From: Candidatus Bathyarchaeia archaeon
GTDB lineage: Archaea; Thermoproteota; Bathyarchaeia; 40CM-2-53-6
Length of the DNA stretch: 64,000 nt
NCBI GenBank assembly: GCA_049513715.1
Contig: JBEKVV010000001.1
Coordinates: forward strand, 640,001-704,000
Direction: 5' to 3'
The translations under genes and the position numbers were made by a program. A model generated the notes under the pieces. That model had not been told where the DNA came from. It searched no databases and saw nothing but the letters and a program-made list of their open reading frames with translations. The stretch's first letter is position 1. Each line of letters starts with the position of its first letter. Shown here piece by piece: positions 38,963-48,801 of the stretch.

Positions 38963-39916
38963 CTAGACGCCAGTTAACTCGGACTGTAGTCTGTATAGGG
39001 GGTAGTTATAGGTTACAACCAGCCAGGAATCAAGGATTCTATAGCTAGCAGCATTCCTGTATACTTTGTGCGCTTGGTCTAGCCTTTTTAGAGCAATGTC
39101 TGATGTGGGGAAAAGGAGAGCTCTCGATACCGATATTGAAGTCCCATCGCCGATTACGGATTTTACTATCATTTTCGTATCATTCAGTTGCGTTGCAAAC
39201 TTTGCGACGTACAATCCAACGTAGTCCTGATCGGTAACTCCAGTCGCATAGACTGCTTGCTTCACAGTCACCTCGTCAAATAGGGTTGTCGCATTCGAGC
39301 TGACCTCATCGAGTATCGCTTGCACGTTCTGGCGAGCTGAGGATTTATCGTTGCTGAAGATTACCTGCTCATTGACAACGCTCAGGAAACCTTGGTTTGC
39401 GATTTGGTCTCCGAACTTGCGCATCAAGAGTTCATAGACCTTATAGCCATTATAGTTCGCGGGTTGTGGTATGCTTGCTGGTTTCACAGATTCGAGGTCA
39501 TTGACGAGTTTGGCATGCTCTTGTGTGGTAAATTTCAGTACTGTGGCGGACCCGCTGTATTGCGACTGTGGTAATTCAATCTCAACTTCATAGGCTATGT
39601 CAGTTGGCAGGACCTGGAAACCCAACTGGGGCAACTCAAATAGGTACTGTGTCCCGTACAGTGAAGAATTGTGGGTAATGGAATACGCCTGGTCATAGTT
39701 GACGTAAGCGACGTATTGCGCGTCACTCGGGACATATGCCATCCAATCCTGAGGCTTGAATTCGAATCCATCAGGAATGTGTCCGACCGACGGAAGGGAT
39801 TGATACCATGAGCCAGCAACGAGGACTAAGATTACAAGGCCCGTGATCACGAAAGAATAGGTGCGAAGTTGACTGGGGTTCTTTTTCCTCGCCTTATCTC
39901 TCTTCCTAGGCTTCAA
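38963..39916 (-). CDS. Hypothetical membrane-anchored extracellular protein
   Basis: Basic N-terminus plus one TM helix, followed by a soluble domain. Confidence 0.8.
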   Translation of the reverse strand: MKPRKRDKARKKNPSQLRTYSFVITGLVILVLVAGSWYQSLPSVGHIPDGFEFKPQDWMAYVPSDAQYVAYVNYDQAYSITHNSSLYGTQYLFELPQLGFQVLPTDIAYEVEIELPQSQYSGSATVLKFTTQEHAKLVNDLESVKPASIPQPANYNGYKVYELLMRKFGDQIANQGFLSVVNEQVIFSNDKSSARQNVQAILDEVSSNATTLFDEVTVKQAVYATGVTDQDYVGLYVAKFATQLNDTKMIVKSVIGDGTSISVSRALLFPTSDIALKRLDQAHKVYRNAASYRILDSWLVVTYNYPLYRLQSELTGV

Positions 39917-39971
39917 GACTATAACACGCGCTTAATTCCACGTAACGCTTAGTTCAGTTTGAAGGTGGGTT

Positions 39972-40319
39972 ATGTTAAGTTTACTGAGAATTATTCGCAG
40001 GTCTTTCGCGCTTTGTGCAGCAATACTCGCCGCAGATGGTGTTGCGGCTTATGTGCTGGAGTTTTTGAACTATGCCTTCATAGAAAGCATTGGCGATCTT
40101 ATGCTGGTGGAAGTCGCTCTTCTGTTTGTAGTTGCGGGCCTCATGGATTTCGCGACTTCAATTGGTGGGGCCCAATTTAGGAGAATGATCTTGGCTTCTA
40201 AAGAGGGCTACTCAGCTTCGAAGCATAAAGAGACAGAACGGAAAGCAGCGGTACTGTTTCTATCGGGCCTGATTTTGTTGCTACTGCTGGTAGCTACAGC
40301 AATCTATTATGGCCATTAG
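39972..40319 (+). CDS. Hypothetical three-TM membrane protein
   Basis: Three hydrophobic segments in a 115-aa ORF. Confidence 0.7.
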   Translation: MLSLLRIIRRSFALCAAILAADGVAAYVLEFLNYAFIESIGDLMLVEVALLFVVAGLMDFATSIGGAQFRRMILASKEGYSASKHKETERKAAVLFLSGLILLLLLVATAIYYGH

Positions 40320-40336
40320 ATTCGTAGTGGGTTGTG

Positions 40337-40373
40337 AAAAAACGAGGGGCGCCGGAGGGGTCCCTCCGAGCGC
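40337..40373 (-). terminator. GC hairpin plus U-tract downstream of the substrate-binding-protein gene
   Basis: Minus strand GCGCTCGGAGGG-AC-CCCTCCGGCGC followed by TTTTTT, about 10 nt after the stop at 40383. Confidence 0.6.
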
Positions 40374-40382
40374 ATATTTCTG

Positions 40383-42773
40383 CTACTTCTTGGTTGCGGC
40401 TTTCTTCCGGCTTCGCCAGACAACGACGCCGACTAGTGCGATGATGATGATTATCGGTACGGCTATCACCATTGCATCAGTTGACGCGGACGAAACCGAG
40501 ATTGGATCCGTTGTGGTCTGCGGGATTAGTACTCGGCCGTTCAGCCAGTCCGCTTTCGTTGCGCCGATTTGCTGTGCTGTCGGTACGTCGAGCTTCATTG
40601 TTCCATTCATTAATTGCGCAAGCACGTCTGGGTTAGGTACGATGCCTGTGAAGTTGGCTCTGTACCAGACGGTGCCGAAGGCTGGTGGTGCGACGGCTGA
40701 GACTTGGTAGTTGCTGGAGTTGTCGCTGAGTGCTGGAGCGTAATCGGCCCATGTGTTGCCGCCATCGGTGCTATGTTGGACCATAACCAACATTTGTGCA
40801 ACCGGAGCCCTTCCAGTAATGGTGACTGAACCACTACCAAGCATTGGGCTTCCACTGAAGGCGATCTGTGCTGGGGGTGGTCCTACGTTGACCGTGTAGC
40901 CTGCTTGTTGCAGTAGAGATGCAGCAGCCTGTACATCGTAGCTGTCCGGTGTAAGGGTCGAGTCGTACCAGACGCCCCATCCTGGACCTAGAAAGGTAGC
41001 TAGTGGATACGCAGATCCAGCTAGAAGTTGGCTTACAATTAGGTCCCTTGGTATGAGGTGACTGATTGCTTTGCGGATGAGTCGAGCTCCTTCAGCTGCT
41101 TGCGATGGATTGCTCTTGCCGAGTGGGGTATCAACACCTGTTCCGAATACTGGGTTGTTCATGTTGAATCCCATCTCCTGCCAACCCAACTCTGTTGCGG
41201 TGATTATGTTGACGTTGGGGATTTGTTGGAGGGTTGGTTTGTCTTTGGCTAGGGCGAAGTTGTAGTCTAACAGGTCTACTTGGCCGTTTTTCAGCGCGGC
41301 GATTGCGGAGTCCTTACTGCCGATCCATTGGACTTTGTAGGTGTTAATTGAGAACTGTCCAAGGGCTTCTAGGCCCGTGGCGTTCCAGTAGCCCGGATAC
41401 TTCGCCAAGGTCGCAATGTTGTTGGTAAAGTCGTAGTTCTGGAGGTAGTATGCTCCAGCTCCTACTGGACCAACAGCAGTGTAGCTACCTGAACCACCGT
41501 ATACCGTGGGGTCCCACTTGTAGGTGTAAGGCCCTGTTGCAGTGCTGAATGGTGCACTATCCCATGAAGCGAACGGGAAGTTTTCCATTATGTGCTTGGG
41601 GAGTGGCGAAAAAGCGGCGTAGACAGTGCTTGTAAACGCGTAGACTGAGGGTAATTTGAACTGGAATTGGTACTTGCTCGTAGCCGTCCACGATCCATCA
41701 GTCTCAGGAACTCCGGGGCCGGTGTTGTCATCGACCAACGACTTTCCATTGAGGAACGTGAAGGTTATTTTGCTACCAAGATATTGCACGTTGCTTCCCA
41801 GGCCGACTGATGCTGTCTCGGGGTTTGTCACGGCGTACATTGTCCAAACGAAGTCGTCTGCCGTGGCTTCCACTCCGTCTTGGAACGTTACGCCGGGTCT
41901 TATGTTCACTGTCCATGTCAGACCATCAGGACTTGATGTGATGTTCGCAGCGGTACCTGGTATGTAGCTGGATATCCGCGGGTCAGCTTCCTGTAGCGAA
42001 CCGCCCATTATCTGGAACCATATGTAAGCCGCGTAGAAGCTGTTCGCGGAGGCTGTGTTAGCAGGGTTCAATGTGTTTCCAGGGAAGACGTTGCCTGCTT
42101 CAGCCATGGTGAGACTGTCCGAGCCTCCCCAATGCTGAACGTCAGGGAAAGTGACTTCACTGTAAACGTTGGGGCTGCCCCACGCCGAGAATTTCGAGGA
42201 CCTTGGAACTGGGTCGATGGTTTCGTAAATGTAGTTGTAGGGTGCGTCGTTAAATATCATTTTTTGGAATTGGTGGGTCAGGTCGACTTGGGTCGCCGTG
42301 TCCGTGGAAGTGTAAAGCTTGTCAAAGATGGCGTTCACTTGAGGGTTGTTATAATACGCGTAATTGCTTCCTGTCGGTGGAAGGTACGCTGGCCTTCCGT
42401 CAAAGTTGCCTCTGAAATCGGGCACGAATGCGGTAAAGCCCCATCCGATGAACCCAATATCATAACCCCCTTGACTGAAGGATGATCCTGCTGGAGCTGT
42501 TGCAGCAAACAACCTGTTCGAAAGCTGGTCAAAGTTCACGTAGAACAGCTTGGCATCGATGCCTAACGAAATCAAGTTGCTGGTGATGATGCTTGCGTAC
42601 TGTCGCCTAACGGTGTTGCCACCGGTGGGGGCTATCAGAGTTACCTGAAACAGCCCTGTTCCTTGAGCATAAGTGTTGGTGAACAGCATTGGTACGGCAC
42701 TTGAAGCAGTAACATATATCAGAAGTGCTAAGGCTATGCCTTGAACGACATATTTTAGAGATTTATTCGACAT
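40383..42773 (-). CDS. Large ABC family-5 substrate-binding protein with extra C-terminal domain and TM anchor
   Basis: SPDGLTWTVNIRPGVTFQDG..TADD, RKAISH, signal peptide from ATG 42773 (MSNKSLKY...), C-terminal TM plus basic tail. Confidence 0.88.
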   Translation of the reverse strand: MSNKSLKYVVQGIALALLIYVTASSAVPMLFTNTYAQGTGLFQVTLIAPTGGNTVRRQYASIITSNLISLGIDAKLFYVNFDQLSNRLFAATAPAGSSFSQGGYDIGFIGWGFTAFVPDFRGNFDGRPAYLPPTGSNYAYYNNPQVNAIFDKLYTSTDTATQVDLTHQFQKMIFNDAPYNYIYETIDPVPRSSKFSAWGSPNVYSEVTFPDVQHWGGSDSLTMAEAGNVFPGNTLNPANTASANSFYAAYIWFQIMGGSLQEADPRISSYIPGTAANITSSPDGLTWTVNIRPGVTFQDGVEATADDFVWTMYAVTNPETASVGLGSNVQYLGSKITFTFLNGKSLVDDNTGPGVPETDGSWTATSKYQFQFKLPSVYAFTSTVYAAFSPLPKHIMENFPFASWDSAPFSTATGPYTYKWDPTVYGGSGSYTAVGPVGAGAYYLQNYDFTNNIATLAKYPGYWNATGLEALGQFSINTYKVQWIGSKDSAIAALKNGQVDLLDYNFALAKDKPTLQQIPNVNIITATELGWQEMGFNMNNPVFGTGVDTPLGKSNPSQAAEGARLIRKAISHLIPRDLIVSQLLAGSAYPLATFLGPGWGVWYDSTLTPDSYDVQAAASLLQQAGYTVNVGPPPAQIAFSGSPMLGSGSVTITGRAPVAQMLVMVQHSTDGGNTWADYAPALSDNSSNYQVSAVAPPAFGTVWYRANFTGIVPNPDVLAQLMNGTMKLDVPTAQQIGATKADWLNGRVLIPQTTTDPISVSSASTDAMVIAVPIIIIIALVGVVVWRSRKKAATKK

Positions 42774-42774
42774 T

Positions 42775-42794
42775 TTCAATTCACGTAAATTGAA
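42775..42794. promoter_or_regulatory. 20-bp near-perfect palindrome (candidate operator)
   Basis: TTCAATT-C-ACGT-A-AATTGAA immediately upstream of the SBP start codon. Confidence 0.55.
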
Positions 42795-42987
42795 GGTTTG
42801 CCTTTGAACTCTATTTATGCCTTCCCACAAAACCCCCGAACGAGCCCAGCGTTGGTTCAGGACTGGTTTTTCCGGACACCGAAGCTCTTTTTGTGGGTCG
42901 GCGAAGGGAAGAGTGTAGAGCAAAAGCGAATCGAACGCAAACATTAATTGCGTAGTGGCTCGACAGTTTCGCGGATAAGGGTAGCCT

Positions 42988-43956
42988 TTGGTAAGCCTCG
43001 TCCGCTACATAATTCGACGATTGCTTTTCATGATCCCTGTGTTCTTGGGTGTTGCAATTCTGACCTTCGCAGTAGGTAATGCTGCGGGGAATCCGTTGGA
43101 TCTTATCCGAGCTGGGCTCAGGAACCCGAGCCCCGCGGTGTTGGATGCACTTAGGCATTACTACCACCTCGACCAACCAGTCTGGGAACGCTTCCTCTAC
43201 TGGCTCTGGGATCTCTTGCACGGGAATCTTGGTGTCTCGATTTCCGGCAGGCCGGTTGCATCTTCTATTGGTGCCTGGACTCTCACCACGATGGAGCTAC
43301 AGATCCTCTCTTTGATCTTTTCGATCGTGATCGGGATACCTGTCGGTGTTTATTCTGCGAAACATCAGTACTCGAAAATGGATTATGCGATTACTTCAAC
43401 TGCGATTTTCGGGTACTCGATGCCAACTTTCTGGCTCGGAATCATGCTGATCATAATCTTCTCATTTAACCTTGGGTGGCTGCCTAGCAGTGGAGCAATT
43501 AGTGTAAGCTACGCCTGGTGGGGGAACCCCGTTCTTGATCAGATTGCTCACTTGATTCTGCCTACCCTCGTGCTTACGTACGTTAGTTTGGCTACTATTG
43601 TTCGCCTCGTTCGAGCAAATATGCTGGAGGTAATGCGACAGGATTACATATTGGCGGCTCGCGCAAGCGGGCTAAGTGAACGAACAGTAACGTACCGATA
43701 TGCGCTTAGAAATGCCATCAGTCCCGTTGTAACGATCATTGGGCTCGGATTTGGTGCCGCGCTCGGTGGTGCACCTGCCCTTGAAACGACTTTCTCCTGG
43801 CCGGGGCTTGGTTACGCATTTACTCAGGCCGCGCTCACTCTCGATATCCCTCTCGTTCAAGGAATAACTATTGTCATCACGGCGATGGTCCTCGTCGCCA
43901 ACTTGATCACGGACCTCACGTACGCCTTGCTTGATCCGCGGGTCACAATAGACTGA
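42988..43956 (+). CDS. ABC permease (DppB/OppB-like)
   Basis: MPTFWLG, AARASGL, RNAISP, LDPR. Confidence 0.95.
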   Translation: MVSLVRYIIRRLLFMIPVFLGVAILTFAVGNAAGNPLDLIRAGLRNPSPAVLDALRHYYHLDQPVWERFLYWLWDLLHGNLGVSISGRPVASSIGAWTLTTMELQILSLIFSIVIGIPVGVYSAKHQYSKMDYAITSTAIFGYSMPTFWLGIMLIIIFSFNLGWLPSSGAISVSYAWWGNPVLDQIAHLILPTLVLTYVSLATIVRLVRANMLEVMRQDYILAARASGLSERTVTYRYALRNAISPVVTIIGLGFGAALGGAPALETTFSWPGLGYAFTQAALTLDIPLVQGITIVITAMVLVANLITDLTYALLDPRVTID

Positions 43957-43968
43957 GGGACAAATAGG

Positions 43969-44859
43969 TTGTCTGAGGAACGTCAGAAGCGAGGAGCAAG
44001 TCAGTGGTCTGTTGCATGGCGCAGGTTTAGAAGAAATAAATCAGCCCTTATAGGCAGTTCAATTGTTGTCTTCTTCTTTGCAGTCGCCCTGCTAGCACCC
44101 TACATTGCCCCATATCGGGCGCGAAGCTATCTTTCCTTGTATGAGGGAGATGCTGGTACTCCTCCCTCTTTCAAGCATCCTTTTGGAGTTGAGGACTCAG
44201 GCATCGATGTTTTCAGCGAAACAATTCATGGTACTCGGAACGATATGTACGTAGGACTTGCGGCCACCCTGATTACAATGCTAATTGGCATTGCTATCGG
44301 CGCGGTAGCTGGGTACGTCAAAGGCGCAGTCTCGGACATATTGCTTGGAGTGACGCAGGTCTTCTTCGTTATTCCCGTTTTGCTGCTCATTCTTCTTTTC
44401 GCAAGAGTGTTCTCCGTCCTAGTTTTCAAGGGACTGGGGCTAACGCTGATTGTTCTCATCCTCTCGTTTTTCGGATGGTCCGGAATTGCTTTCATCGTAA
44501 GAGGAGAAACCCTGAGGATAAAGGAGATGGAGTTCATTCAAGCGGCCCGCTCCCTAGGGGCCAGCTCGTTTAGACTTCTCTTTCGACACATTGTGCCAAA
44601 TATCCTATCGCCAGTCATCGTGATTGGCACGCTAGATATAGCGGGCTTCATCTTGACTGAGGTGGTTGTAAGTTTCTTGGGTTTCGGTGACGCCAATACT
44701 TCAACTTGGGGCCTTCTTTTGAACGAAGGTTTTTCATTTGTTAGGACTGACTGGTGGGTCTCACTATTCCCTGGTCTGGCGGTCGTGTTATGCGTTCTTG
44801 GATTCAATTTGATGGGCGATGGACTGTCAGACGCTCTGAACCCCAGGCTGCGAGAATGA
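43969..44859 (+). CDS. ABC permease (DppC/OppC-like)
   Basis: WRRFRRNK, FIQAARSLGA, HIVPN, GDGLSDALNPR. Confidence 0.95.
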   Translation: MSEERQKRGASQWSVAWRRFRRNKSALIGSSIVVFFFAVALLAPYIAPYRARSYLSLYEGDAGTPPSFKHPFGVEDSGIDVFSETIHGTRNDMYVGLAATLITMLIGIAIGAVAGYVKGAVSDILLGVTQVFFVIPVLLLILLFARVFSVLVFKGLGLTLIVLILSFFGWSGIAFIVRGETLRIKEMEFIQAARSLGASSFRLLFRHIVPNILSPVIVIGTLDIAGFILTEVVVSFLGFGDANTSTWGLLLNEGFSFVRTDWWVSLFPGLAVVLCVLGFNLMGDGLSDALNPRLRE

Positions 44860-44874
44860 GCGAGGGATAAATCG

Positions 44875-45864
44875 ATGACGGAGAAACTACTTGAGCTCTC
44901 CAGCCTGCGAACATACTTCTTCACCGAAGCAGGAGTAGTTAAGGCGCTGGACGGAATATCCCTTGAGGTTAATAGGGGACAGACAATTGGCCTGGTAGGG
45001 GAATCAGGATCAGGAAAGTCCGTAACCGCGCAGTCAGTACTCCGCATAGTCCCGAGGCCAGGACGGATAGTTGATGGATCTATCAGGTTCGAAGGCGAAG
45101 ACTTGCTTTCGAAGTCGGAGAGCGACATGCGCAAGTTGCGTGGTCGCAAGATGGCTATTGTATTTCAGGATCCAACCACTTCACTTAACCCCGTTTACAC
45201 TGTTGAGAAGCAGCTTACGGACATTTTGCGACTCCACAAGGAAATATCTAAGGAAAGCGCATCGAAAACAGCATTATCTCTTCTCGAACGCGTGGGGATT
45301 CAAGAACCTGAGAAGAGGCTCAAAGCCTATCCGCACGAACTCAGCGGTGGCATGAAGCAACGCATTGCAATAGCTAGAGCTCTGTCATGTGAACCGACGC
45401 TGCTCTTCGCTGATGAGCCGACTACAAACTTGGATGTCACCATTCAGGCCCAAGTCCTCGAATTGCTGAAGCAGCTACAGAAAGAGTTGGGAATGACGAT
45501 GGTCATGATCACTCATGATATGGGAATAGTAGCTGACATGACGGAACGGGTCACCGTTCTGTACGCGGGCAAAGTGATGGAAGTCGCCGACACAACCACC
45601 TTGTTCAGGTCACCGAAACATCCGTACACGGAGGCACTTCTAAAAGCAGTGCCTAGCGTGAAACAGACGCGTGTGCTTGAAGTAATCCCCGGTAACATCC
45701 CCAACTTGATAGAGCCACCTATTGGTTGCGTATTCCACCCTCGATGCAAATACGTGAAGGACATTTGCACGAGAGAGGAACCTTTGTTGGAGGAAGTTGG
45801 AGCCGGTCATTATGTGGCATGTCACAGGTGGCGGGAATTGGAGCTTGAAGGCAAAACGAGCTGA
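44875..45864 (+). CDS. ABC ATP-binding protein (DppD/OppD-like)
   Basis: GESGSGKS, LSGGMKQR, HPYT, HPRC. Confidence 0.96.
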   Translation: MTEKLLELSSLRTYFFTEAGVVKALDGISLEVNRGQTIGLVGESGSGKSVTAQSVLRIVPRPGRIVDGSIRFEGEDLLSKSESDMRKLRGRKMAIVFQDPTTSLNPVYTVEKQLTDILRLHKEISKESASKTALSLLERVGIQEPEKRLKAYPHELSGGMKQRIAIARALSCEPTLLFADEPTTNLDVTIQAQVLELLKQLQKELGMTMVMITHDMGIVADMTERVTVLYAGKVMEVADTTTLFRSPKHPYTEALLKAVPSVKQTRVLEVIPGNIPNLIEPPIGCVFHPRCKYVKDICTREEPLLEEVGAGHYVACHRWRELELEGKTS

Positions 45865-45870
45865 GGCATA

Positions 45871-46878
45871 ATGGCAACAAATTCAAACGCGCGCCTACTC
45901 GAGGTCAAATCTCTCATTAAGCATTTCGACGTCTTGGAGCGCGGAATCCTCCGAAAGAAAAAAGCGGGCGAAGTACACGCTGTTGACAATGTCTCCTTCT
46001 ACATCAACAAGGGCGAGACTCTCGGACTTGTGGGAGAGAGCGGCTGTGGAAAAACAACTGCAGGCAAGGTAATCCTCTACTTGGAGAAACCGAGTTCAGG
46101 CTCAGCACTATTTGAAGGCGAAGATGTTTTCGAGGCCTTCGCGAGCAGGCAGAATGTTTCAAGAGAGCTGCGACGAAAAATGCAGATGGTGTTCCAGAAC
46201 CCTTACAACTCGCTTGACCCACGGATGACAGTTTACGATATAATAAGCGAAGCGTTCACGATTCACAGAAACATCCCGAAGAATGAATGGAAAAACCGCG
46301 TTTACGAGCTCTTGAGAATGGTGAACCTAGAAGAGTACCACGCGGAGCGGTACCCACATGAGTTTAGTGGAGGTCAGAGGCAAAGGATTGCAATCGCCCG
46401 CGCCCTTGCAGTTGACCCGAAATTTGTCATCCTTGATGAGCCAGTATCGTCGCTGGATGTGTCGATCCGGGCGCAGGTCCTGAATTTGCTTGTCGACCTT
46501 CAGACGAAGAAGGATTTGTCCTATCTCTACATATCGCACGACCTGAGTTCAGTGCGTCAGATCAGTCAACGAGTAGCGGTAATGTATCTTGGAGAAATCG
46601 TTGAGTCGGCGACATCGGAGCAGCTGTTCGATAAACCTTTACATCCCTATACTCAGGCGCTCATTTCCGCCGTTCCAGTCCCGGACGTTGACCATAAGAC
46701 AACTCGGATACTCCTTCCCGGTGAGGTGCCCAGCCCGATTAACCCCCCGACAGCATGCAGGTTCCATCCCCGTTGCCCGTATGCGACAGACATATGCAAG
46801 CAAGTTGCTCCAAAGCTTGAGGACGCGCTGGTGCCAGGGCATCTCGTAGCTTGTCATCATGCGGATCAGTTCGTATAG
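45871..46878 (+). CDS. ABC ATP-binding protein (DppF/OppF-like)
   Basis: GESGCGKT, FSGGQRQR, HPYT, CRFHPRC. Confidence 0.96.
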   Translation: MATNSNARLLEVKSLIKHFDVLERGILRKKKAGEVHAVDNVSFYINKGETLGLVGESGCGKTTAGKVILYLEKPSSGSALFEGEDVFEAFASRQNVSRELRRKMQMVFQNPYNSLDPRMTVYDIISEAFTIHRNIPKNEWKNRVYELLRMVNLEEYHAERYPHEFSGGQRQRIAIARALAVDPKFVILDEPVSSLDVSIRAQVLNLLVDLQTKKDLSYLYISHDLSSVRQISQRVAVMYLGEIVESATSEQLFDKPLHPYTQALISAVPVPDVDHKTTRILLPGEVPSPINPPTACRFHPRCPYATDICKQVAPKLEDALVPGHLVACHHADQFV

Positions 46879-46884
46879 GCTACC

Positions 46885-47457
46885 GTGTTGAGGATTAGGA
46901 AGGGCAAAGTCGCTGGCATCGTGCTTTTCACTACGGCACTGATTTTCCTGTTTGTTGGAGCCGTGATGCCTTACTACAGGTCCCCTCAGCGAATTGAGGG
47001 AGACGGGCCTGGCGTAACTTTCACGTCTTCACAGCCTTACTGGATTCGGTCATATTTGATACCTCCAATTGACGCTGGTGCATCGATTAGTTTGAGTGTG
47101 CTAAGCGATCGTACAGCATCAACGGTCGTTCTCTTAGCGCCGTATGATCAGGATGCCCAATCGATAGTAAACCCACCGGTAGTAAATGTCGTGTTTGGTT
47201 CGTCCCAAAAGGGCCTCGTTGTCTTCGCGGATGCGAGTAGAACGGGGCCCTATCTGCTGATGATTACGAGCTACAATAGCACATACACATTCTACATAAG
47301 TTCCGTTTGGTCTCCTTTCTATCAACTTAGATTACTTATCTTCTACGGCCTTGGGCTTCTCCCCTTTGGCGCTGTCATCATCTACTATGATGGCATAGTT
47401 GAGGGGCGCGAGCAAATGGCTGAAGAGGCGCTTAAGGGCATTAGGCGGCCTCGCTAG
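46885..47457 (+). CDS. Hypothetical two-TM membrane protein
   Basis: N- and C-terminal hydrophobic helices flanking a beta-rich loop; 6 nt after the ABC operon. Confidence 0.75.
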   Translation: MLRIRKGKVAGIVLFTTALIFLFVGAVMPYYRSPQRIEGDGPGVTFTSSQPYWIRSYLIPPIDAGASISLSVLSDRTASTVVLLAPYDQDAQSIVNPPVVNVVFGSSQKGLVVFADASRTGPYLLMITSYNSTYTFYISSVWSPFYQLRLLIFYGLGLLPFGAVIIYYDGIVEGREQMAEEALKGIRRPR

Positions 47458-47573
47458 CGGGCCTCTTCCAGATCGCTTTCAATCAGGACGCTGCACTGAG
47501 CCAACATAGAGCATGCATGAGCCCAAAACATCCCATATGGGCCATCGTTGCTTCTTGAAGGGCGGATTCTTAC

Positions 47574-48743
47574 TCAGACTTGCAAGAACCTAGTAGGGTA
47601 TGAAGGAGCCTGTTTCTTGAGAAGGACGATTATCGCTATGATGGCAACAGTCACGAGAACGGCCCCAAATATCCCCGGAACTAAGTAGTTGGTTTCCCAG
47701 TTTGCTTGAACAGATTTGTCTTCATTCATCAGCAGTCGAACCGAAAAATTCTGAGACACTGCATCTCCACTCCATTGCTTGAAATGGTCGACAGCGCCGA
47801 ATAAGCCGGGGACTCCGTCAGCCGTTGTGCTCGAATCTAGGAGCGACACGAAAGCGAACATGTTGATAGGCAGTTTCAATGTCGCATTGCCGTTAAGCAA
47901 TTGTACACCGTATGTTGATGTTACGTAAAATGGAGTCTTTGAGTGGACTTGAATGTTCAATGTGACGTACCCACTTGTCCAGAGGAGGTCGCCGTCTTTG
48001 TGCTTCTCGGTCCGCGAGCCGGCTATTATGTCATTTGCCGACGCCAATGTCACGCCGAGATTTGGAACAGCATCACAAGCGGGAGGACTATTGCAGCGGT
48101 TTAGCGCGACCATTGACTCAACCTTGTGCCACTCCGTTCCCGTCAAATAGGACAGGTTTCGAAATTCGACTGGCCCTAGGTCCCCGAGAAATCCTTCTGC
48201 AGTAGTTTTCTCTGCAGCGGTCATTGCACGATCGTTCGTGACTGACGGCGGGACGCTGACATTTCCAGCCGTCTTATCATCAAGCAAGAAGCTCCATTCG
48301 TTCTTCACATTCGGCCTTATCGAATATTGATGCCAAGTCCCGTTTTCACCAGCGGAACCCGCTGGACCAATCTCGAAATAGGAATCAGCTCCCAAAATGC
48401 TAGGCCAATACTGCCACTGCCAGCGTGCGTCTGAATCCAGGATCAGTTCTGAGGGTCCGCTGCAGGTAAATTGACCTAAGACTGTCAAGCCTTTGAGGCA
48501 GTGTACCCCCGGCTCCAGACCATATCCGAATTGAATGAAGCCTCCATCGTCAAGATTGGCTCCTACCCAAAAATAATCGAAGACAGTTGCATACGAGTCG
48601 TATGCGTGTGTTCGAATTTCAGCCCTGACCCCAAGGCTTCCTATTGATGCATCATCTCCCCAAGCTCCGATCTGAATTGAGGCTTGGTGCTGAACTGGTA
48701 CGTTTGAGGAGCTTGTCGCAAGAAGAGCCGCAATCAGGACCAA
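47574..48743 (-). CDS. Surface-anchored putative glutamic peptidase (G1/neprosin-like)
   Basis: FWVG...FIQFG and a later AAE motif; FKQWSGD...MNEDKSVQANW repeat-like domain; C-terminal TM. Confidence 0.6.
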   Translation of the reverse strand: MVLIAALLATSSSNVPVQHQASIQIGAWGDDASIGSLGVRAEIRTHAYDSYATVFDYFWVGANLDDGGFIQFGYGLEPGVHCLKGLTVLGQFTCSGPSELILDSDARWQWQYWPSILGADSYFEIGPAGSAGENGTWHQYSIRPNVKNEWSFLLDDKTAGNVSVPPSVTNDRAMTAAEKTTAEGFLGDLGPVEFRNLSYLTGTEWHKVESMVALNRCNSPPACDAVPNLGVTLASANDIIAGSRTEKHKDGDLLWTSGYVTLNIQVHSKTPFYVTSTYGVQLLNGNATLKLPINMFAFVSLLDSSTTADGVPGLFGAVDHFKQWSGDAVSQNFSVRLLMNEDKSVQANWETNYLVPGIFGAVLVTVAIIAIIVLLKKQAPSYPTRFLQV

Positions 48744-48801
48744 AACTGCTGGTCTTAGAATCCAGTCCGAGCGACACCCTCCAGCGTTGACTTAACCTAT
48801 G

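Noticed and set aside
42774..42944. N-terminal extensions given by the ORF track (SBP, pccB, rpl15e, rrp4, rpoE1)
   Set aside because: They precede the family-typical N-terminus or signal peptide and run across promoter-like sequence.
47458..47531. GGGC...ATGA-GCCC-AAAACA as a third C/D or H/ACA RNA
   Set aside because: Ends resemble the other sRNAs but there is no C box and no clear pseudouridylation pocket or k-turn.
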